DNA of 64,000 bases from Octopus bimaculoides. Taxonomy: Eukaryota. The notes beneath the pieces are model-generated. The model did not search any database, was not told the origin of the DNA, and saw only the letters and a list, made by a program, of their open reading frames with translations. Made by a program: the position numbers and the translations under genes. Every line of letters begins with the position of its first letter. The stretch's first letter is position 1. The stretch is taken from positions 18,590,006-18,654,005 of the forward strand of contig NC_068982.1 of assembly GCF_001194135.2 (NCBI RefSeq), in the 5' to 3' direction. Of this stretch, positions 53,638-64,000 are shown in pieces.

Positions 53638-53814
53638 GATGTTAATTAATAATTATAGCCGTATGAGCTACTTTACCAGGTGAAAACAGAAAAAAAACTT
53701 AGCATTTTCGTTTAGGAGAAATGGCTTACACCATTTATACATGTACATATACGTACATGCATACATACATACATACATAAATACATACTTACAAACATAC
53801 ATATATATACATAC

Positions 53815-54125
53815 ACACATGACTGAGACCCCCTTCGTTTATGACTGACCATGGGATTGCACCTAGAAAGTTACCCACCCAAGCACAAGTTCGGGCAAGG
53901 TTGTTTATAGAAGACCAGCAGTCGCCTATACATGCCGGCCTCCCCCTCTCCACGCCACCAGTGAAATCCAAGGGAAATGCAAAGGCCGATACAGCTTGGC
54001 ACCTGTGACGTCACAAGTCATTTCTACAGCTGAGTGAACTGGAACAACGTGAAATAAAGTGTCTTGCTCAAGACCGGGATTCTAACTCTCAACCTCACAG
54101 TCGTAAGCTCGACGCTCTAACCACT
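53815..54125 (-). mobile_element. tRNA-derived SINE (related head domain)
   Basis: Shares cagctgagt..actgga.caacg.gaaat.aagtgtcttgctcaag with the 53.4 kb copy. The head agtggttagagcgtcgagc is on the minus strand. Confidence 0.7.
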
Positions 54126-54317
54126 ATATATGTATCGAGTATCCTGATTTATAAATTGCATGTGGTATCAGGATTAATACATTCTGGACGCTATCAGTTG
54201 TAGGAGAAATATCCTTTTCGCATAAGGAAGGAGAAAGGAATATAAATGTATAATCGTGAAAGTAATTCTCCAGTATCATAAAATCAATTCTCTAATCATA
54301 TATAGATATATGATTAA

Positions 54318-54650
54318 TCGCTGACCAAACACCATTCAATTTTTTTTCTCCGTGTTTTTCTTCTTGTCTCCGTATTCTTTCTGTTGAAGAGCGTAGCTCG
54401 AAACGTTAAAGACTTTCTGTATTCCCGAGCGTCAAACTAATACATCCTTTTGTTGTTTACACCACCTGTCCTCGGTTTATATTTTCTTTTCAAATTTCTC
54501 AAATTCTTTTACCGATATTGCATCATCTCTGCTCTGGTGTGATTGGATTTTCTGTCATTGACAAACAGTACCGAGAACAAATCATAGAGCATGGAATCAA
54601 ACGTGCAACACAAATCAACATTAAAAACATTAAGAATAGTTCAACATAGT
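54318..54650 (+). mobile_element. PLE terminal-type sequence with a variant hammerhead core, plus a PLE thumb fragment
   Basis: ttgaaga-gcgtagctc-gaaacgtt at 54384-54407. KQYREQIIEHGIKRATQINIK at about 54563-54630 resembles the 21.8 kb PLE fragment. Confidence 0.5.
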
Positions 54651-54659
54651 AACATAGTA

Positions 54660-55640
54660 TGTCCAATAGTGTGTTTCACAGGATGGGCCCAATATAATAG
54701 GCCTTAATGTTAAGTCTTCTGGTGTTGGGATATTTTTGTGTAGACCTTGATTTAATTTGCAGGCATTAGTAATTATTTGAATCTCTTAGATTTTAGGGGG
54801 GCCATAGAAAAAACTTGGTTTGCATTTAAAGTTTGTGATATAGCTTTTTCTTTTTCTGTGCGGCCTTTTCCATGTTTCAGTATTAGAGATGCAACAGCTT
54901 TTAATGTTTTTTGCTGCCTATAATTTGCAAAGTTTTCATAAAAGGAGTCATTTTCTAGTATGGACAATGCTAGGTTTTTATAGTATTCTGTGTCCACCAG
55001 GACTACAGCACTACCTTTGTCTGCTTCTTTGATTGTCAGGACTTTGTCATTTTTTATAGCTGTAATAGGCGCTTCCATTGTTGGTTGTTGAAGTTAGGTA
55101 CAATTTTTGATTTATAGATAGTGTGAGGAAAATTCTGGATACGGTTACAGAAGTCGTTTAGTGTTTTATTCCTTCATTTGGATGGTAGATAATTAATTTT
55201 GTGTTTCACTAGTGATTCGTCATTATTGCTGTAGTTGAATAATGCTTCTGTAAATCGAACTTTTCTACAAACTTCTGCAATATTATCTTTAATTTCATTG
55301 GAATTGGGTCTACATGGGGTGGGTATATATTTTAAACCTTTAGCTAAAATATGGATTTTTGTTGTGGAGAGAGTTTTCTGAGATAAATTGATTATTTTGG
55401 GTTTCTCCCGTAAGTTATGTTCCAACGTGTGTTCCTGTGTCACTCTACTCTGTCTAAAAATATTGTTTTTTGTAATTAGGTTGGAAGGGGTTCTCAGTGT
55501 TAGGGTTGTTATTGTGGGAGTATTGTTGTGTGGGTGTTTATGTTGGAATGAGTTGTAGGGGTGTTTGGTCCTGTATGGGGCGTTGTGAAGTTGTTCTTTT
55601 TGTCTGGTTGCGAGAGTTGAAGTTCCGAAAGTTGAATTCC
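54660..55640 (-). mobile_element. Penelope-like element, N-terminal region and start of RT
   Basis: Translation IINLSQKTLS...LAKGLKYIPTP, IKEADKGSAVVLVDTEYY and LTLRPIILGP (PLE RT motifs), with frameshifts. Confidence 0.85.
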
Positions 55641-58600
55641 TATGTTATAATTATAGAGAGTGCGTCTGTATATCCATATATATCTGTCGGTGTGAGTGTG
55701 TATGCCTGTGTGGCCGTGAGGTCGATAATAGCACGTAGGTATGATGCGTGTATGTATGCGTGTATGTATGCATGCACATAGGTATGTATGCCTATGTGAA
55801 TATATAAATATATACTCATATAAGAGATGCTGAGACTTGGGGCAGTTGATGTACGGTCATAAATCTACTTGTGTGGATGTCTAATTTACTGTACCTAAGG
55901 GGGTGGGGCGCCCACTGTTTCCACGGGCTATGTGTGTGTGAAAACAATAGTTAGCCAATCGTCTTTGTGTTTTGTCTCTTCACATAGTACATGGTTGTCT
56001 AATCATTTTAATGTTTTTATTAAAAGTATACCTAGTACGTTAATAAATTGTTAATTATATATGTTATATATATATATATATATATATATATTGGTCGTTA
56101 TATACATATTTTATTTATGATTCGTTACTTGTTAAAAGAACCGTACTTCATTCTATGCCATTCTATATTTTGATCCCCCCCCCAGTCCGCCACTAGCTGC
56201 AGGCAAATTAAGAAATATGTTATAATCAAAATGCAATAAACGAAACCGAGTTTAATTAGCGAGTTACATTTTGAAATGTCACCTGAGGAAGCATATCTAC
56301 ACGAATGATGTACCACATCGAGTTGTAGAGAATCTTTCTCGTGAGGGATCGATGTATGATGGATTGAAATAGTCGAAGAGGTTAAGGAAGAATCTCGTGA
56401 CTTCCATTTTCACTTTCCCTTATATGTTATATACGCGATGTACACGAAGAAATTCCTGAAGTAAATCCAGTGGTAATTATCTCCATACTACTGCCGAGAC
56501 AGTGAACGTGCTTTAAACGTCATATTTCCAGATGTAAACAGATATTTAAAATTATTACTTATATAAATATAAGTATTCATTAATATACGTATCAATATCA
56601 TATACCAGAATGGAAAATATATATATATGTAGTGAGAACATTGGTTTCTGGCGTAACATTAGATGCAAAATAAGCTACATCTTAATCTAGATTTGTTATG
56701 TAACTTCGTATTCTTCAAATTTGCAGTTGTATTGAATTACTATTCTGAATATATCAGTACCTCACCTGTGCCGTATAGAGACAGTTACGTTTATTCTCTT
56801 CATATTTTCATTTATTGATTGCTTCATTAGTTTCTATGCATCAATTACATTAGGATTAAATTTAAGATTTATCTCTAAACATCGAACATTAACACTTTTT
56901 CAAACGCTTGTATAATGCGCCATTCATGCATAATAAATTTATTTTTTCATACAGACTACTTTGTAAGCTGTAATTAAATTACTATCTAATTATCTATGGG
57001 AAATCTTTTCACAGAATCTACATGAAATTGAAATGATTCATTATTTATTTTAAGAACGATAACAATTACATCTACTATATTTCTCTTGTAAGTGTTCAGA
57101 TACACAAAATAATGTCGGATGAGATTATAGATTTTCCAGTTAAAAGACTCGAATATTTCTATTAAAACAATTAAAGATTATTTTCCATTGTATCAGTGAG
57201 AATGTTTAACATTTTCTTTGGACGTCTTAATATTACACGTTTGAAACCACTAGAAGTTTGCTGTAGATAATTTCGTTATTAATATATATATGTACAAACA
57301 CACACAAACACGGAAACGCACACAGATACAACCCAAAATACCCACAGACGCATGTTCTCACACACACACGCACACATATTTCAAATGTGAGATTTAAACC
57401 TCAATACATGAAATAGAATAATAATAACCTATTGTACCTCTGAGACGTTACACCTTCAACTCTTTTCCATATATCAAACTACTCGCTTGATATATAGAAT
57501 ACAGCTTAGATCAGTATGATTATATTTAGTGTTGGAAAACATATAGCATTTTCCTAACCATTGGAAACAAACCGTAATTCTTTTGTATTTGCAATGAGCG
57601 AGTCACACGCTGCGCACAAACGACGGTTTTCACTTCATGTTTTAATATGAAAGGAGGTTAATCACGTATATAAATTAACTGGATAAATTAGTATTTTTTC
57701 CATTATCCAAGTTAAGGTATGCTCTTAATATTCCCTATTATTTGGACTACTTTTTCATTATTTATTCATCATGATTCATTATGTAATGTTATTTAACCTC
57801 GCACAATGTTCCTGTTTATACTGTATCAGAAACAGAGAATGAACAGTTTGATACATTTGCTTATTAAACGCATCATTGTCTTTAGTACCTCCGTCAGAGA
57901 TGCATACGTTCAGTTGAAAAAGAAATGGGGCATCAAAATGCAATTATCCTATGTTAATAAATGTGCAACTTTTGAATTTCAGTCTCATGAATTTTAATCT
58001 ATTTAAGCATAACACTTTTTATCCACCTTATTTAAAATCCGTGAATGAAATCGTACAAGTATTTACAAATATCCACCCTTAGAAAATTATGCTTCACCAG
58101 GTTAGCTACCCTGCATAAATGAACATATATTTCAAAGTATGTGAGAAAGGTAATATCCATGGGTATTGACTTCAAAACATATCTTCTTTTCCAAATGACT
58201 ATTAAATTAAGTGCATTAGGGTAACATATATGCGTTTGATTATATCAATGTTCTAATCGTAATTAGCTGATGGCGAGAATACTGAGTTGATACACAGTCT
58301 AGGAGAGCAATATCTAAAACAAACGAAAATCTTTAAAGACATTCATGTTTCGTATCCAGATTTCCCAGAATGGTAAAGCATAAATATCAAATAAATCGCA
58401 CCCGTTAAACCGCCGAAGTGTATCTTCACTTACACATATTTGCTTGTTCCCAAAATTTATAAATAAAATATACAATAGATATACATTCTACAAGGACGCT
58501 TTATCTCGGAGAATACTCGAATCTGTTAAAACTAAAGAATATTTTTTAAAATGTAGATACCCTTGATAGAATATGAATGAAATAAACTGTTACCAAGCCA

Positions 58601-59618
58601 GGAATACAGGCAGTTGTACTTACGGTAAGCCAATACTGACTGATTTTGTTCTAAATAAGTAAATCCAGTAACAAGAAAACATGCTCTACTGAACCAACAA
58701 TGCCTCCCTTTATTGAGTCTTCGCCACGTCTACATATCACACTGGGGATAAAAGACTTTATTGCACGGATATCAGCAGTTGTTCTTAATTAAATTGATTG
58801 TGCTGAATTATGTCTGTATGTATGTACGCATTTTGGAAGTCGAAATCATCGAAAAGTGTTACATCAAGTTTATCATTCCCGATCGTTGGTGTATAAATGT
58901 ATGATGGATTATGACTTAAATATTTTACCATTGATGGGATTGATTCACCACGGAGGAGCTTTCTCGAATTGAATATTTGGCTAATTGATATTTGAATATT
59001 CGTGGTAAAACAAGACTGATGACATGAGTGTGAGTTGATGTATTAATATGCAGTAAATGAAAATTATTTCATGCTAAAGTGAATTTACTGCTTTGGTTGA
59101 AAGAGAAAATGCGCTCTTACAAAAAACACTTCTCACCATGTTGCATCAGTGTATTCGTTTGTTCAACAATAAATCTGTGTGTGATTTGATGTTTAATTAA
59201 TTTACCAGACATTCTCTTTTTTACGAGTTAGAGGAAATTCACTCCGATGGATGCACTTACATATAACTGGTTTGTAAGAGAAATTGACTCATTATAGTAT
59301 TTCCTAATGTAACCCGCAAAAATTGTACAGTAAGCGTGGCTAACGTCAATGTAATATCTGTAAAATATTTCCTATTTCTCTGTTTTGTCCATAGTGAAGG
59401 AAATAAAGTTAAGAAAACAGTAATACTCGATTTTATTTTGAACATATATATAAATATACTGGATTATGTTACGGTATTATGTTCCATTGTTCTGCCTTGA
59501 AGCATTTCCTCAAGACTGATAGTATATTTTCTCTGTGGAAAAACCTGCAAAAGTTCTTGGAAAAACAACTATAATGAACGCCAATGTTAGAAGTACGACA
59601 TTTGCAAATTACGACGCA

Positions 59619-59773
59619 GGAATAGGTGTGTGGTGAAAAGATTGCTTCCGAACCACATAGTCTTCGGTTCAGCCCCACTGCATAGCAGCTTGGCCAAGTA
59701 TCTTCTACTATTGTCTCGGACCGAACGATACCTTGTGAGTGGGTTTGGATTGATGGAAATTAAAAGCAGCCCA

Positions 59774-59807
<34 letters not shown>

Positions 59808-60060
59808 CTGTGTGTGTGTGTTTGTGTGTTTGTCTGTGTCTGTGTCTGTGTGTATACACATACATAAATACACACACACACACACACAGGCGCGCGCGTG
59901 CCCGCCAGTATGATGAATATTATTTTGTTTGTTTTTATTGCACCCTCCGCTTTACAACGAGTTTTGGTTTGTTTATATCCCCGTACCGTACCTTAGTCGT
60001 TCAACAAACGTGGATCGCTGACTGAAAGAAGAGGTACTAGTATCTATTTGTTCGACTGAC
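59619..60060 (+). mobile_element. SINE family A, diverged copy with an internal (CA)/(GT) tract
   Basis: Head ggaataggtgtgtggtgaaaagattgcttccgaaccacatag...ggttcagccccactg, and ccttgtgagtgggtttgg. Confidence 0.7.
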
Positions 60061-62835
60061 TACAAGGCCAGTTCCTCCTATTAAATGTATATTAGATGAT
60101 ATGCATATATACACACACACACATATATATACGCATACCTATGTCAATGTATCTATATACGTGTGTATGTTTCTTAGTGTCTGACTACTTTTATTTGATA
60201 ATCACATTTATATTAATTTTCTATTATAGGAAAGGTGCACAATATGTATAAGTAATCATTGAAATTTTCCCCCAAACACTCTCGTTCATCACAGTGCAGT
60301 TATCTGGAGATTAAATACATTGACCATTTCTATCACTTAAGACATAATGTTATTATAACTGAATCGATTTTGCCACTAGTATCCGCTGAATACCAGGCTT
60401 TCATCGTAAAAACCGTTTATTCTTAGACCTTTGGGAATCGTGAATAAATATGTACGTCCACATTTTTCAATAGAAGCAGTGGGTTGTTTCATTAGCTATT
60501 ATTTCATTCTCTGCTCCAAATGCTTAAAAATAAGCCTATTCTATGTTTATTCAAAGTCTGTAGTAATCACATTTACGGGTATATATTTTGATATATGAAG
60601 TAAGGAGGAGTATAATAACGTATAATCGTATGCTATAATGATTAGAAGTTATTTCTACTGACAAACAGTAATTCAGAATTGTCACTTTCGTAGATATTAA
60701 TGGATTTTCAATCGATTTGTATAACATGTATTGTAGAATATTCTTTGCACATTTTATATTTATTTAATTTTGCTTTCGAAATATAATGACTTTTCGGCTC
60801 TTTTCTTGATAGGGTTGTCAGAACATGAAGAATCAGTTCAAATGTATATTATTTCACTTCTAAATTTGGTTATTTTGATGTACTTCATATATCTGCTAAA
60901 TACTTTGGAGGCACTATTGTTAAAGAGATCATTTGAGTGGAAAGTAGAAAAACGTTCTCAGTGTGACAATGACAGTTACTATATTGCTTAATATCCATTC
61001 AAGATATAATTGGTCCGGTGAGAAGCCAGACGTTTTCACTATATTAGGCAGCAGTTTTTGGGAAATATTTACGTAATATACGTAATTGTTGTGTCGATGC
61101 CCCTAGGCGAAGAAGTAGGTACTCCCAAAACATACAAATACAGGTAGTCTGGCAGTGGTAGGAGTGTTGAGTAGCAGTTGAGTAGCAGTTGTGTAGCGGT
61201 TGAGTGAAGATTATCCGAAAGTGCTGGATAGCAGTAGCGTTGAGACATAACAGTAATATAAAAGGAGCAGGTGTAATATACGTAATATACGCAATATAAA
61301 CGGAGCAGGCGGGCGAAAGATAAACGGGAAGTGTATTATTCAATATATTCCCCATAGAATATGAAGATATAAATGAGTACTCTTGTGAAACCGTTTGCGG
61401 ATATAGGTTGTTTAAGTCCCCGTTATTCATATGAATAACAAACTCTTGAAATCTCTGTGGTACTGTAATGGTAATTTGAACACTTCGGTTCTAGTTGTGT
61501 GAACTAGATAAATGTTATGTCATTATAAAGCCAAAAATATCACAATAGGAACACTTAATTCACGTCATTATGTCTCTTTCTCTTATTTTCAAATTTTCAT
61601 ATCCGGAAAACAACGCGTAACTTATTCTGCATGTGGAACAAATGTTTAACAAGAAGAAGTTATACTGGAGACCTTGGTCGAAACTGTTATAATGACTTAC
61701 CAGCAACAGACAAATATCATTCAGTCAAATCAATATTTCAGGAGAGAAGTGAGATTATTTGTGAAGTGATTTCTCTTCCATTAAACTATACTAAACATAC
61801 AGTGTTAATAGTTTTTTACATTTTTTCTTTGTATATTTGCAATAACATTGAGCATTGCGAATACTTAAGAGTTAATATTGTTGTCGTCCACTATGATTCG
61901 TATAAAATATGCATATCCAGGCTTATTCAAAAAGTTTTCAGTATCTGAACGTATGCAACTGACCATTGAGGAGAATATACATTATGCATCCGTAAAATTA
62001 CCATATTTATGCAATAATGGCAAGAATATTATACAAATTAAGCTACGTCAAGAGAATGCACGTACTAAAATTAAACTCATGTATTAGTAAGATATCTTTT
62101 TCCTGATTTGTGTCCCAAATTAAATTGCAATACATTAACGACAAAATGAAGGAAGGAAATCATACTTGCTTATTAATAAGAGACAGTAGATATAGTTTCC
62201 TCACATCAGACCTCATCGATTAAAATAAATGGCACATTATGCGGAGCATCTTATCACTACTGTTCAGTAAAGTATGTTGTGTTAGATTCCATTTACAAAG
62301 CAGGAAGGTAGAAGATTTCTCTATTTGTCAGAGTAATAAATGTGTGTAGTCCTAATACAGGTCAACAATGTAACGTCAGATGAGAGCAATTCCAGAATAG
62401 ACATACGATCTATTTCCGCGTGACACTCACTGTTGTTGTTATATATCTTCGAAAGGCCCATAAAGATTCTATTTATTTTTTCCTTGCTGTTAGAAACTGC
62501 AGTCAAATCAACAACAAATTACATTCGACTACTTGAAAAGAAATAATAATATACAATTCTCTTCAGTCTAAAGACACATTAATGCTGTGCTACAAAATAT
62601 GTTTTATATACGAAGGGTTGCTGGAGAATACCTGGCTTTGAAGGTAGCGTGAAAGGCTTGGTTGCGTGAAAGGCCCAAACTTTCGACTTGTTTTACAGGA
62701 TTTAGAAAATCTGAAGGACCATGCATTAAGTGTATTCAACAGAGAGGAGAGTGTGTTAAATGAAATCATATATAAATGATCCTCTTCTATTTTCTTTTAC
62801 CCAAAGCTAGGAACTTTTCAGCAACTCGTTGTGTA

Positions 62836-62947
<112 letters not shown>

Positions 62948-63090
62948 CATGTATAAACATGTATAAATCTTTCTACACACACACACACACACACGTCTAT
63001 ACTCTGAGTACGTTGGATGTTTTGATATAACTATCTATATAGTCATACTTAAATATTCGTCGTCCTTTGTTGCTATAGGGACAAACGACA

Positions 63091-63985
63091 CTAATCATCA
63101 CCGGCATTGCAAGAAATAAGAGTCAAAACACCTTAATAGCCACAGCAGTATAGCCAAAGCAATATAACCGATTCATCAATGACTTCGCATTTTGATGCTG
63201 ACGCATATTAATGCACATCAGCTGCTGACATTGCCCCTAGGATTACTCGCAGCTCGCTTTAGCAGTTTATGAAATTTCCGTTGAAATTCATAAATGGTAG
63301 AAATGAAAATTATAAATAATATGGGTGGCAAATCTGGAATTTTATAACCTAAAGGCAGTAATATATAAGGTGATAAAGGTTACTAATCAATACCAGCATT
63401 GTTAGATATAGGAGTCAAAACAACTAATTGGCCATAGCAAGCAGTGACTTAATGACTGAGCTCTCTACAGTAGTAGATATAGGCAGATCATCGATGATAA
63501 CGCATTTTGATTCACACACATCTCAATGCCCATCGGCCCTCTGTCACTTTAGTGACGTATATATTTCTGCATTTAAGTTGTAAAAGTTGCGAATTAGCCA
63601 CCAATATTATTTCTAATTTTCACTATTACCGTTTCACAGCATATGATTTCAACACTTTTACAGCATATTATTTCAACAGAAATCTTATAAACTGACAAGG
63701 CGAGCTGCGTTTAATCCTAGGAGCAATGAGCGGCAACCATGAGCATTAAGATGCGTGAGCATCAAAATGCGAAATCATCGATGATGTGGCTATATCTGCT
63801 GTTGTAAGAACCTTGTTTTCTTTATCAATCTTTAAGACAGTGCATCATGTGACTATTGAGTTGTTTTGATTCTTGTTTCTAGCAATACTGGTACTGATTG
63901 GTGACTTTTGTCACTTTTGTGACATTTATAAGTCTGCCTTTAGCTTGTAAAATTGCGAATTAGCCACATATATTATATTAGACAG
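63091..63985. repeat. Complex ~290-360 bp repeat array, two forward and two inverted units
   Basis: Forward units start at about 63091 and 63383 (ctaatca..acc.gcattg..aga.ata.gagtcaaaaca). 63590-63785 is the approximate reverse complement of 63172-63335. 63540-63610 is repeated at 63905-63975. Confidence 0.8.
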
Positions 63986-64000
63986 GATTGGCCGAAATGT

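Larger units (their letters stand above)
52419..54299 (+). repeat. Direct duplication of ~180 bp (52419-52603 and 54137-54299)
   Basis: gagtatcctgattta.aaattgcatgtggtat...aaggaaggagaaaggaatataaatgta...aaaatcaattct.taatcat is in both copies. The second copy lacks ~15 bp. Confidence 0.85.

Overview
AT-rich, gap-ridden eukaryotic genomic DNA. The SINE families and microsatellite load look like a cephalopod, probably Octopus (inference). No host protein-coding gene can be supported, and almost all listed ORFs are microsatellite or N-gap artefacts. The window is a graveyard of mobile elements. It holds decayed non-LTR retrotransposons of five clades (RTE, Hero, L1/Tx1, CR1, R4/Dong), four Penelope-like (PLE) fragments, a Tc1/mariner (maT-like) transposase fragment, a mariner-type MITE and at least four tRNA-headed SINE families. 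The most interesting signals are: (1) a nearly canonical type I hammerhead ribozyme at 29670-29712, inside a hairpin-rich ~350 bp unit bounded by a perfect 29 bp inverted repeat; (2) a 925 bp TIR element with an exact 8 bp TSD that carries an internal R4 LINE fragment; (3) a tRNA-Glu-headed SINE associated with (AAT)n tracts; (4) two pre-miRNA-like hairpins; (5) a tandem-plus-inverted ~290 bp repeat array at the right end. All family assignments come from manual translation and motif recall, not database searches. Boundaries are approximate unless a TSD or TIR is quoted.
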